A stretch of 64,000 nt of DNA from a virus (taxonomy: Duplodnaviria > Caudoviricetes): positions 15,047 through 79,046 of IMG/VR virus record IMGVR_UViG_3300017716_001756. The stretch is one strand, 5' to 3'. Both the position numbers and the translations under genes were made by a program. The notes under the pieces were generated by a model, which was not told the origin of the DNA, did no database searches, and saw only the letters and a program-made list of their open reading frames with translations. This document shows positions 19,038 to 27,602 of this stretch, in pieces (within the stretch, counting starts at the first letter, position 1; every line of letters begins with the position of its first letter).

Positions 19038-20214
19038 AGGAAAATACGTCGATCCGCTCCTGATGCGGATGCTTCAGTATAAACGACCGGCATGGTCAGC
19101 GACTGAAGAGATTTTCATCGATAAATTCTTGATGGTGCTCCCCGGCGCTCACCAAGACGACTTCGGCAATGTTCTCGTCGAAGTCGGTGACAATCCCAAC
19201 ATCATGTGGTCGGCTCACACCGATACTGTCCACCACAAGGATGGGATTCAGGGTCTCAGGGTCAATGGCCCTTGGATTACCCCGATCACCGGCAAAAAGC
19301 GCGAGCTTTCCAATTGTCTGGGAGCCGACGACACCGCTGGAATCTGGCTCATGGTCAAGATGATCGAAGCCAATATTCCCGGCCTCTACATCTTCCACCG
19401 TGCCGAAGAAGTCGGTGGTCTTGGGTCCAAGCACATCGCTTCCAAGACCCCCGAAGTAGTTGAGAGCATCGATTACTGTATCGCCCTTGACCGCAAGGAC
19501 TATACGTCAGTCATCACCCACCAACGCGGCACCCGTTGCTGTTCCGCCGATTTTGCCGACAGTCTCTGTGGCATTCTGGGGTCCAATGACTGGAAACCCG
19601 ACCGTACCGGCGTCTTTACTGACAGCGCCAACTACACCGATTTGATCGGTGAATGTACGAATTTGAGCGTCGGATATTTCGCTCAACATGGCCCCGCCGA
19701 AAAGCAAAACTGGCTCTTCCTTCAGAATATGCTGGAAATCCTGATTGCCGCCGATTGGGGCCTCTTGATCGCCAAGCGCAAGCCCGGTGAAGCTGACCCC
19801 GACAAGCCGGTCTGGAAGCCCTACTCTGGCGCTGGTGGCAGCTACGTCGGCGGCGGTCACCCCTACAAGCCGTGGCAGGGGTATCAAGACGACGGCGATT
19901 GGGTCGGCAAATCTGATACGGCTCCGAAACATATCAAGAGCCGTCAAGATTACGTCGCTTCTGTCGAAGATTTCTGCTACCAGAATTACGCCTCTGTCGC
20001 AGAATTCTTCGAGGAACTCGGAATCACCCTCGAAGACCTCGAAGAATACCGTGAGGGTACCTCTGACGCCTTCGATATCATCATCCGATCCGGTATCGAT
20101 GAAGTCGGCGGTGACGAGCCTCCGCCTAAGGCCCTCCCGGCACCGGCTCCGAAAAAGCCTACCAAGGTTGCTCCCAAGCCCAAGGGCCGGGGTAAAATCG
20201 TTCAGGTCCACTGA
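19027..20214 (+). CDS. M28/M20-family zinc peptidase
   Basis: Metal-ligand motifs SAHTDTVH, LGADDTAG, AEEVGGLGS, ALDRK and a late H. Confidence 0.85.
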   Translation: MSAKGKYVDPLLMRMLQYKRPAWSATEEIFIDKFLMVLPGAHQDDFGNVLVEVGDNPNIMWSAHTDTVHHKDGIQGLRVNGPWITPITGKKRELSNCLGADDTAGIWLMVKMIEANIPGLYIFHRAEEVGGLGSKHIASKTPEVVESIDYCIALDRKDYTSVITHQRGTRCCSADFADSLCGILGSNDWKPDRTGVFTDSANYTDLIGECTNLSVGYFAQHGPAEKQNWLFLQNMLEILIAADWGLLIAKRKPGEADPDKPVWKPYSGAGGSYVGGGHPYKPWQGYQDDGDWVGKSDTAPKHIKSRQDYVASVEDFCYQNYASVAEFFEELGITLEDLEEYREGTSDAFDIIIRSGIDEVGGDEPPPKALPAPAPKKPTKVAPKPKGRGKIVQVH

Positions 20215-20288
20215 TTAGGGCCTTGTGCTCTTATCAAAAGTGACTATCTGAGATAGCCGGGAGTTTCCGACAGTTTCTCCCCGGTTAC

Positions 20289-20415
20289 GTCTGCGTGGCT
20301 GAGTGGCTTAAGGCATTGGTTGTGACCCAATAATCTACCTCATGGGTCTAGACTAATGGCAAGTGGCGAATGGTAGTGTCGTACTTGCCCGTGGGTTCGA
20401 ATCCCACCACAGACA
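20289..20415 (+). tRNA. tRNA-His(GUG)-like gene with a 59-nt variable region; CCA not encoded
   Basis: Acceptor GTCTGCG/CACAGAC, D arm TGGCTGAGTGGCTTAAGGC, anticodon arm ATTGG-TTGTGAC-CCAAT, T arm GTGGG-TTCGAAT-CCCAC. Confidence 0.7.
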
Positions 20416-20503
20416 AATAATTCTCCAAGGGGGCTTATGCCTTTCGACCCTTGGAGTTTCAGCCCCGACGCTCCCTCGCGGGTAGAGCGTCGGGGCACAG
20501 TTT

Positions 20504-20517
20504 TCACGGAGCCGTGA
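20504..20517. promoter_or_regulatory. Palindromic operator-like site, copy 8
   Basis: TCACGG-AG-CCGTGA, 2 nt before a TTG start. Confidence 0.7.
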
Positions 20518-20519
20518 TT

Positions 20520-20687
20520 TTGAAATACTCTGATCTTGGCAAAGTCTCGTGGCGCAATCATGAGCGCGACGATGAAGACTCCCGTAAGAATTGGCGGAAA
20601 TTCAACCGCCATGGCCAGCCCGAGGAATTTTCCCGCGAAGAATGGGAATCCAAAGGCAAAAAACCCAAGCGTAAGGACCACCGATAA
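20520..20687 (+). CDS. Small highly charged protein
   Basis: 55 aa, TTG start, coupled to the next gene. Confidence 0.45.
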   Translation: MKYSDLGKVSWRNHERDDEDSRKNWRKFNRHGQPEEFSREEWESKGKKPKRKDHR

Positions 20688-20872
20688 TGTACGGTTCAGT
20701 AGGCTCTGATTTCCGAAACACCGATCCTGCGGCCTATCGCGCCTCTTCCAATGCCAATCAGGCAAGGTTCAAGCGCGACGACCGCCAACGCATTCTCAAA
20801 GCCATGCTGGATGAAGGCTTTGACCCGAACGTGAGTCTGGGCGAGACTTACAAAACCATAATCCGAGGATAA
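20687..20872 (+). CDS. Small hypothetical protein
   Basis: 61-aa ORF, TAATG overlap. Confidence 0.55.
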   Translation: MYGSVGSDFRNTDPAAYRASSNANQARFKRDDRQRILKAMLDEGFDPNVSLGETYKTIIRG

Positions 20873-20873
20873 A

Positions 20874-21029
20874 ATGAAAGCCCCGAATTCCGAAGCTGCT
20901 GACCGCGCCCGCATCACGAAGCAATACGCGGATATGCAGAAGACCCAAGCCCTTCTTCAAATTCCGATTCTGGAATCGATGGGTTACGTCGTCACCCTTC
21001 CCGACACTCTGGTCCCTGAATTGGGGTAA
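20874..21029 (+). CDS. Small hypothetical protein
   Basis: Manual translation MKAPNSEAADRARITKQ...; GAGGA RBS. Confidence 0.5.
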   Translation: MKAPNSEAADRARITKQYADMQKTQALLQIPILESMGYVVTLPDTLVPELG

Positions 21030-21034
21030 CTGAT

Positions 21035-21286
21035 ATGGTCATCAAGAAAATCAATGCGGCTCGCGCCGCTGCGTATCTTGCGTGTAAGCGCAATCGGCAC
21101 CATATCGTCCGACACGGACTTCTGGGAACCGCTCTGATCGTCTTCTTTCTTGATGCCGCTATGTCGGCATTCCCCATGGTGTCGGCATTCGCCCACACCT
21201 TTCTGAAACCGTTCGCCGTTCCTATTGCGGCATTCGCTGGTCACCTCGGGTTTCTCATGAAACCCGAGCCCAAAGCTCCCGCGTAA
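21035..21286 (+). CDS. Small membrane protein
   Basis: 83 aa with two hydrophobic stretches; hairpin and T-run follow. Confidence 0.55.
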   Translation: MVIKKINAARAAAYLACKRNRHHIVRHGLLGTALIVFFLDAAMSAFPMVSAFAHTFLKPFAVPIAAFAGHLGFLMKPEPKAPA

Positions 21287-21363
21287 AAAGCGGGTATTGC
21301 GGGGCCGGGAGGGGGCTTGACTCCACCTTCTTTCGGCCCCGCCTCCTTTTCTGGATATCTGAA

Positions 21364-21720
21364 ATGATCCTCGATCCTGTCGAAATTCTTCTGTACGGCA
21401 CTGCCGCTTTTTTCCTGACTACGATTATCTACCCCGCTTGGGTGATGACTCGTAAGGAGAAAAAGCGTGAAGAAGCCAAACCCGCAGCCGCGATCTTCTA
21501 CGGAATTCTGGAACAAGACGTAGGAAGTGGAGCGCGAACGTGGCTCACACCCTTCGATATTCCGACTATCGATAAAGCTCTGCATGAAGCCGCTGTTTGT
21601 TTGAGGGATCGCCGGATCGCTTCTACCACTGTCTTCGTCAGCAAAAATGGGGTCATGACCCCCTTGGTTACGATTACTCGCGCCGACTCCAATATTCTGG
21701 AACCGAAAACTCATGCTTAA
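21364..21720 (+). CDS. Hypothetical protein with N-terminal TM
   Basis: 118-aa ORF. Confidence 0.55.
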   Translation: MILDPVEILLYGTAAFFLTTIIYPAWVMTRKEKKREEAKPAAAIFYGILEQDVGSGARTWLTPFDIPTIDKALHEAAVCLRDRRIASTTVFVSKNGVMTPLVTITRADSNILEPKTHA

Positions 21721-22015
21721 CGTCTTTCAAGCCGTCAAGAAGTACGAAATGGGTGCCCCTTGGGCAGATGCCGCCAGTGAATTGGCGCTGCACCCCGAGA
21801 GTGGCCTCTTCATGCACCAAGGCGAATACGCCGTGGTCGAACTTCCGCTCAATTTCGCCTTCCCTCCTGTTCACCTTACGTTCCTGACCGCTGAAGGCGT
21901 CATGGTCAACGCTGGTGAAGACTTCGCCTGTTTTGAAACTGAAGATGACCGCCACTGCCTGTGGCGTCTGGATGCGCTGAAGAAGCCTCCTGTCATCCCA
22001 CCGCTGGTGGCTTGA
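21713..22015 (+). CDS. Hypothetical protein
   Basis: 100-aa ORF overlapping the upstream stop. Confidence 0.55.
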   Translation: MLNVFQAVKKYEMGAPWADAASELALHPESGLFMHQGEYAVVELPLNFAFPPVHLTFLTAEGVMVNAGEDFACFETEDDRHCLWRLDALKKPPVIPPLVA

Positions 22016-22151
22016 AAAAAGTTTCCCCTATGCCCTTGATCGACGGTCAAGGCTCCCCATCTTCGTGTCTCACGAAGACCACCGACTGTCATTCTGGCAG
22101 TCTTAACCTGCTGGTCAAAATCCAGCTTCTACAAGAGAAAGTGACTAAACC

Positions 22152-22499
22152 ATGTGTGGATCGACTCAAACCACTGCTTCGCGTACCGCCTCCGCTTCGG
22201 TGAAGGCTTCCGCCCGCCGCACTTTCGCGGTCGGTGACACCGCCCGTACTCCGGGTGGCTCGACCGGCACCATCATCGCTCAAGATGGTGGTATGTCGTG
22301 GATCAAGACGGCGAGCGGGAAGAATTTCTTCCGCAACACCGCTGATCTGCTGGATCGCTCGCTGATCGCTGGCGATGCGGTCATCACCCAGAAGGGCAAC
22401 AAGGCCACGGTTCGCGCCGTTGTCGATGGTACCGCTTGGGTTCAGACCCGTGGCAACCGTCAGGTCGCTCGTTCGGTTGACAGCCTGACCCGCGCCTAA
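22152..22499 (+). CDS. Tandem KOW/SH3-like protein
   Basis: FAVGDTARTPGGSTGTIIAQDGGMSWIKT and LIAGDAVITQKGNKATVRAVVDGTAWVQT. Confidence 0.7.
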   Translation: MCGSTQTTASRTASASVKASARRTFAVGDTARTPGGSTGTIIAQDGGMSWIKTASGKNFFRNTADLLDRSLIAGDAVITQKGNKATVRAVVDGTAWVQTRGNRQVARSVDSLTRA

Positions 22500-22507
22500 G
22501 CATCTTG

Positions 22508-22541
22508 ATCACGGTGCCGTGAATTTTCACGGCACCGTGAT
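22508..22541. promoter_or_regulatory. Head-to-head pair of palindromic sites (copies 9 and 10)
   Basis: ATCACGGTGCCGTGAA-TT-TTCACGGCACCGTGAT, itself a 16-bp perfect inverted repeat. Confidence 0.8.
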
Positions 22542-22598
22542 TGCTGCCTCTAAGCCTGTTAGTCTAAATCACTGACGGTCTTAGAGGCGGCAATTTTT
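22541..22598 (+). terminator. Long hairpin with T-tract (terminator or RNase III-type site)
   Basis: TTGCTGCCTCTAAG/CTTAGAGGCGGCAA outer stem, CTGTTAGT/ACTGACGG inner stem, then TTTTT. Confidence 0.6.
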
Positions 22599-22620
22599 CC
22601 GTCTGAAACCAGAGAAGAAA

Positions 22621-22971
22621 ATGAAACTCGCAGATTTGAAACCCGGCCAACGTGTCCGAGTGACCGTTGAGGGCGTTGTCTCAACGACCGGCGACCCGAA
22701 TTACGTTCGTCTGGATGGTGTCGAAGGTAAGGGAGTCTTCCTCGGCAGAAAACACCCCGGCGTCACCAACATCGAAGTTCTGCCCGAGCCTCTGAAGGTA
22801 GGCGACAGGGTCAAGCCCGGTGCCTCACGATCCTCACAGAAGCACCTTCGAGGGGAAATTCGGTACATTGACGAAGGTGACCAAGCCGTCGTCCGTTGGA
22901 CCAACAGTGGTTACGCCCTGAATATCTGGAATCTCTCGAATCTTGAGAAGGCCGACGACTGTGAGTGCTAA
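22621..22971 (+). CDS. Tandem KOW/SH3-like protein
   Basis: LKPGQRVRVTVEG and LKVGDRVK...GEIRYID...AVVRW. Confidence 0.7.
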   Translation: MKLADLKPGQRVRVTVEGVVSTTGDPNYVRLDGVEGKGVFLGRKHPGVTNIEVLPEPLKVGDRVKPGASRSSQKHLRGEIRYIDEGDQAVVRWTNSGYALNIWNLSNLEKADDCEC

Positions 22972-23341
22972 TCGAAAAACGACGCAGTACCCCATGATAG
23001 GGGACGAAATCGTCGGAGGAATTTTCGACGGCTATACTCTTGCCGCTGAGAAAGCGAACAGGAGTATCGTTCTGACCCGTAATAAAGACGAGCGCATCGT
23101 CATTACGGGAACTTCATGGGCGAATTTCCCCCACTTCGATTTTGCCCCTCCGATCCCCCCGATGAAAGTCGGTGATCGTGTTCGTGCAGCGAAACCCGGT
23201 GATTATAGCTCTACAACAAGCGCAGGAACGATCCGGTTTATCGTACCCAATATGGACTACGGCGTCGTGGTCCAATGGGATTCACAGGAGCGTCTCAACG
23301 TCTGGAAAGCTGAAAACTTGGAGCACCTCAATGATTGCTGA
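22961..23341 (+). CDS. KOW/SH3-like protein
   Basis: MKVGDRVRA...GTIRFI...VVVQWD. Confidence 0.65.
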   Translation: MSANRKTTQYPMIGDEIVGGIFDGYTLAAEKANRSIVLTRNKDERIVITGTSWANFPHFDFAPPIPPMKVGDRVRAAKPGDYSSTTSAGTIRFIVPNMDYGVVVQWDSQERLNVWKAENLEHLNDC

Positions 23342-23789
23342 TCGACAACTCTATCGTAAGGGTGATCTGATCGTCCTTCAGACAAAACCTGAACGTCCTT
23401 ATCAGATGAGTGCCAACAAAGGCGCTGTCGCTATCGTCGTCGCACCTGAAACGAGTGGTCAGGTTCGTGTCCGATGGCTTTGTGGCCAAAATGGTCAGAT
23501 GGACGGTGGGTATCGTTCACCGAATTTCCGCTACGCCAACCTCACTGACCAAAGAACCGCCGCCCAAATTCTTCAGAATGAGGCTGATGCTGCTGTTTGC
23601 TGGACCCCACCCCCACCTCCGCCAGTGCCTCTGAAGGTGGGGGACAAAGTTTCGACCCGTCTCCACGGAGCCAAACTTGGAGAAATTCGTTTCATCGAAG
23701 ACGACTACGCCTTCATCAAAAATTCAAGCGAATATGTCGCTTGGAGAATCAACAACCTCAAACTCACGGAGAACCCCTGTGACTGTTAA
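23331..23789 (+). CDS. Tandem KOW/SH3-like protein
   Basis: YRKGDLIVL...VRVRW and LKVGDKVST...GEIRFIEDDYAFIK. Confidence 0.65.
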   Translation: MIADRQLYRKGDLIVLQTKPERPYQMSANKGAVAIVVAPETSGQVRVRWLCGQNGQMDGGYRSPNFRYANLTDQRTAAQILQNEADAAVCWTPPPPPPVPLKVGDKVSTRLHGAKLGEIRFIEDDYAFIKNSSEYVAWRINNLKLTENPCDC

Positions 23790-24114
23790 AGTTTCGAGCC
23801 TGAAAAAAGGACAGCGCGTCCGAATCGTCGTTGAAGGCGTCGTAAATGACCCGAGTGCGGCAGATATTTATCTCCGACTGGATTCTGTGGGAGACAAAAA
23901 ATCCGTCTATATCGGTCACGATCACCCCTCCCTGAAAACCCTCGAACTCGTAGACGACCCCATCGTTCAAGGAACGAAGGTCGCGCTCCCTTCAGGGTCA
24001 ATCGGTGTTGTTCTCTTCCAAGATGGCGGCAAATCTTGGGTTCGCTCCGGCAATTCCCATGGCACCTACCTGACCGACTCTCTCCGCAACGCAGATTTTG
24101 ATAAGGACTGCTGA
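23779..24114 (+). CDS. Tandem KOW/SH3-like protein
   Basis: LKKGQRVRIVVEG and IVQGTKVALPSGSIGVVLFQDGGKSWVRS. Confidence 0.7.
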   Translation: MTVKVSSLKKGQRVRIVVEGVVNDPSAADIYLRLDSVGDKKSVYIGHDHPSLKTLELVDDPIVQGTKVALPSGSIGVVLFQDGGKSWVRSGNSHGTYLTDSLRNADFDKDC

Positions 24115-24277
24115 TGATCGATTCCCCTCACGCCACCCAATTCACCCAGACAGGCGAACATGACTTCACCAACCGGAAACCGTTTCGCACAAAAGCTCAG
24201 AAAAAAGCTGCGAAAGCTGATGCGTGGCGTGATGATCGCGGTATTTGGCACAGCCCCGCTCCTGTGAGTTATCACTA

Positions 24278-24478
24278 ATGCGGAAACTTTTCCTCATCCC
24301 CCTTCTGGATGAACTGCCCATGCCCCAACCCCGAACTGATTCCGAAAAGCTGGCGCTGTTGATGGAATATCTGGCGAATTCTCTAGCCAGTTTCCAGATG
24401 GACCCGGCTGATTCCCCCTTCCAACGTGGCTACGAAGCCGCAATCAAGGAAACTGAAACCTATGCCCGAGACCTTTAA
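24278..24478 (+). CDS. Small hypothetical protein
   Basis: 66-aa ORF. Confidence 0.5.
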   Translation: MRKLFLIPLLDELPMPQPRTDSEKLALLMEYLANSLASFQMDPADSPFQRGYEAAIKETETYARDL

Positions 24479-24605
24479 CCCCGGCGATGCGGTCACTTAT
24501 ACCGCTCACGCCGTCGTCATTGCTGTTGATGACGACGGCGTTGCTTTCCTGAATGATGGACAGGCCATCCACGTCGATAATCTGGTGCTGTCCGATGGAG
24601 GATAG
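24462..24605 (+). CDS. Minimal KOW/SH3-like protein
   Basis: Manual translation MPETFNPGDAVTYTAHAVVIAVDDDGVAFL... Confidence 0.5.
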   Translation: MPETFNPGDAVTYTAHAVVIAVDDDGVAFLNDGQAIHVDNLVLSDGG

Positions 24606-24688
24606 TTACGTCTTCGAGATTGATGACGAAGTCGAAGTCGATATCGAAGTCATTCTCTGGATGCACCCCGCCTACTCCGTGGATAACT

Positions 24689-24901
24689 ATGCCAATGCAA
24701 TTTCCGACACTTGAAGCTGTAGAGGTGGCTTCTCAGTTAGAACTGGCTCGATGGATGAGACACCTACCTTCTCCGGGGCTCAGAGCAGCGGGGCAACCTG
24801 ATTTTGAAGCCGTTTTTAATTCCGAGAATTTGATAATGACCCGGATTTCTGATCGATTTCAAGGCTGGACTCCTGCGCTCAGCAAAGGCGTAGGCTGGTA
24901 A
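24689..24901 (+). CDS. Small hypothetical protein
   Basis: 70-aa ORF. Confidence 0.5.
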   Translation: MPMQFPTLEAVEVASQLELARWMRHLPSPGLRAAGQPDFEAVFNSENLIMTRISDRFQGWTPALSKGVGW

Positions 24902-24902
24902 A

Positions 24903-25337
24903 ATGCAACTCCAAAGAGCCCCTGCTGGCGGGCTAGATAAATTCGGTCAGCATTACGGCGGAGGGGAATTCGTCCCCTTCTTCGTTCCCCGCATCCTCAT
25001 GCCCCAAGTGGAAGGACAGTATTACGATGAATTTCGTCAATTCGCTGGTGATCTGGTTTCTGAAGCTCGCAGCGTTGATCCACACACGCTGGTCCCCCAC
25101 CAAAAAATCGAAGTGTCCTACGCCATTAACCTCACACCCGAGATTGCTGGCAAACCCATTCTCGTCTCACGAGATAGCTACATTCTTGATGGACACCACC
25201 GATGGTACTGGCACATCACGCAGCCCCAAGAAATGAACACGTTGGTAGTGGATAAGGACTTCGAAGACGCGATTGCGTTCCTTTTCGAATTTCCGAAAAC
25301 CTACTGCTATCGGGACAATCCGGGGGATGAGCGGTGA
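24903..25337 (+). CDS. ParB/Srx N-terminal domain protein
   Basis: PILVSRDSYILDGHHRW motif. Confidence 0.75.
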   Translation: MQLQRAPAGGLDKFGQHYGGGEFVPFFVPRILMPQVEGQYYDEFRQFAGDLVSEARSVDPHTLVPHQKIEVSYAINLTPEIAGKPILVSRDSYILDGHHRWYWHITQPQEMNTLVVDKDFEDAIAFLFEFPKTYCYRDNPGDER

Positions 25338-25558
25338 GTGTCAAATTCGTAGATGAAGCCCCGACACCGTTTCAACGGGCGTCTCATTGGGTTCATTTCA
25401 ATCTCTATGAAATCGAAGAAGTTCGCCAAGGGCGCGACCGAAGTTACTCGGCGCGAGAAGACGGATGCATCATGGAGAGCACAGACTTCGAATACGAGTG
25501 CGTAGGTACTTGGAAACTCGAAGGAAACAACATCGTCATCGAAATCGAGAGCTACTGA
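25334..25558 (+). CDS. Small hypothetical protein
   Basis: 74 aa, GTGA overlap. Confidence 0.5.
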   Translation: MSVKFVDEAPTPFQRASHWVHFNLYEIEEVRQGRDRSYSAREDGCIMESTDFEYECVGTWKLEGNNIVIEIESY

Positions 25559-25679
25559 TGCCTGACGAAACAGACGACGACTACATCACAGGCGAGTTTT
25601 ACTCGCCTGATGAACTCCAACGTGGAGTAAACCTGATTATCGACGAGTTTGTCGATAACTTTGAAGAGGACTACCCCCA

Positions 25680-25946
25680 ATGAAATCTCTTAAGACCCTT
25701 ATGATCGAGGCCAAGGTACAGAAGGCAGCAAAGCGAGCCGCATTCCCCCCCAAGAAACCTCCGATCAACAATCGGCTGATCGCAATGATGCTTCTGCCTA
25801 ACGATTTCATCCAAGGATTGATCGTTGGCGCTACGCAATCGACCTACGTTCCCGTCCCGAAAGGCGATGGGCGTCCGCTGGCGATGCTTCATCGTACCCG
25901 CAAGGAAGACAAGCGCCGCCGTGATTGGCAGGGAATCGTCGCTTGA
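25680..25946 (+). CDS. Basic hypothetical protein
   Basis: 88-aa ORF. Confidence 0.5.
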   Translation: MKSLKTLMIEAKVQKAAKRAAFPPKKPPINNRLIAMMLLPNDFIQGLIVGATQSTYVPVPKGDGRPLAMLHRTRKEDKRRRDWQGIVA

Positions 25947-26193
25947 GTCCGAAATTTGCTTCCGCTGCAACTAGCTATGCAGCGATTGTAAGTCACGCCT
26001 CAGCAAATATGGGGGAGAAGGTCATGGCCTTCTCCCAAGTCCTCGGTGCCGCCGTTTTCATGAATGGTGAAAACTGGACTGACCAAGAAAAAGCGCAATT
26101 CTTGGCAGCAATCGTAACTACCGCGCTCAACAATATGCCTGAGCTTGAACTCGAATTCGATATAGCTAGGGCACAGATGCAGGAACTCACCTG

Positions 26194-26472
26194 ATGGACG
26201 ACAAAGCCCACGACACTCAAGATGCTCTCGTTACGAATTTCGTGACGGATGGTTTTTTGGACAGCGATGGAGTAGCTGAATTTACTACTCTTCTTGCCAA
26301 AACCCTTGGCGCTTCTGCCAAGGCGCTTGAAATGACCGGGTTTACCCCCGAGCAGCAAGCTGGTGTTCTCGTTGCTGCCCTTAACTCGGTCGGCAAGGTC
26401 ATGCCCCACCTCCACGCTCCCCTGAATGCAATGATGCTGAAGGCCCTCACTCTTAACGGAACCGCCCAATGA
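26194..26472 (+). CDS. Hypothetical protein
   Basis: 92 aa, coupled. Confidence 0.55.
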   Translation: MDDKAHDTQDALVTNFVTDGFLDSDGVAEFTTLLAKTLGASAKALEMTGFTPEQQAGVLVAALNSVGKVMPHLHAPLNAMMLKALTLNGTAQ

Positions 26473-26753
26473 AAATTCGTCTGACTCTCGACGCCCACGC
26501 TCTCCAATCCGGCCCTGTTCTGAAGGCGGCTCGTACCGCCTTCGGGGACGGCTTCGTGGATAAGTACAAATTCCGAAGTCAATCGATTGACGTGGATTGT
26601 ACCGCCGAGCAACTGGCGCGTTTCCTCGTCCTTCGTGATGACCTTGGCGCACAGAACCTGTGGAAGGCCCTGAACGTGCGTATCATGGAAGATTGCCCGG
26701 TGCCACCCTCGGTTCTGGTTGATGTTCGTCCCATCAATGGCCGCTGCGGCTAA
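26469..26753 (+). CDS. Hypothetical protein
   Basis: 94 aa, coupled. Confidence 0.55.
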   Translation: MKIRLTLDAHALQSGPVLKAARTAFGDGFVDKYKFRSQSIDVDCTAEQLARFLVLRDDLGAQNLWKALNVRIMEDCPVPPSVLVDVRPINGRCG

Positions 26754-26756
26754 GAC

Positions 26757-27398
26757 TTGACCACCCGCGAGGCGCTCACTATATGGGCGTCTCGCATTTC
26801 TAAAACCCCTGCGGAGAAATCTCTAATGCTTCAACCAGTAAATCAGGACTTCAACGATTGGTCCAACTTTATCGCTTCAGAGATTTTTCCTCTGGGCTTC
26901 GAACGCTGTCATCGTGCCCCCAACACGATGCACGAACTTCACGTTTGGTGTAACATCAAGGGTCGAATGGCTATTTGGACGGGGGACTACACCCACTCCT
27001 GTTTCGCTGATTCCGAAACTTGGCTCCAATTCCGTGCTTGGCACGATTGGATTCACCAACGCTACGACTGCCCCTTCACTCTCGAAGGCGAACATAAGGC
27101 TTGTATCATACAGGCCGGTCAACTCATGCGCCTCTATGGACGGGGCGAAGACGTGCGCGACGTTATCGCGTTGATGTTTAGCGAAATCCTCTCCAAGTTG
27201 GAGTACATCGTGGAACATGGCTCCCCTGTCTCGGATGGTCATGCCTTCACGAAGGAAGTCTGGAAAGATTGGATTCCGTATGCCCAAAACATCATCGAAA
27301 CCCAAGGTCACACCGACGTTGATGCCATAGCGTTTGCCAAAAGCGCCTACGACTTCCGTGACCAATTCGGCCCGAAGGTGCCTGTTCCCAATGTCTGA
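26757..27398 (+). CDS. Hypothetical protein with FRAWHDWIH (HDxxH) motif
   Basis: 213 aa; possible metal-binding motif. Confidence 0.65.
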   Translation: MTTREALTIWASRISKTPAEKSLMLQPVNQDFNDWSNFIASEIFPLGFERCHRAPNTMHELHVWCNIKGRMAIWTGDYTHSCFADSETWLQFRAWHDWIHQRYDCPFTLEGEHKACIIQAGQLMRLYGRGEDVRDVIALMFSEILSKLEYIVEHGSPVSDGHAFTKEVWKDWIPYAQNIIETQGHTDVDAIAFAKSAYDFRDQFGPKVPVPNV

Positions 27399-27602
27399 TT
27401 GCCCCGAATCTGTCCGTCAGATTGTGCTGAGCCACGGCATTCAGCAGACCCTTCGGCATATCCTGACTCATGTAGTTGAACAGAAAAAACGCGCACAAGC
27501 GGCCTGTTGTTCTTATGAAGCCGATGAAATGGATTACCACCAACTTCGCGAGACCACTCGATGCCACGAAGTTTTGAGCCGAACTTGTGAAGACCTGAAC
27601 AA

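Noticed and set aside
24597-24610. Second GGA-TAG junction as another bypass
   Set aside because: No hairpin and no in-frame landing GGA before the next stop; the next gene simply overlaps in another frame.
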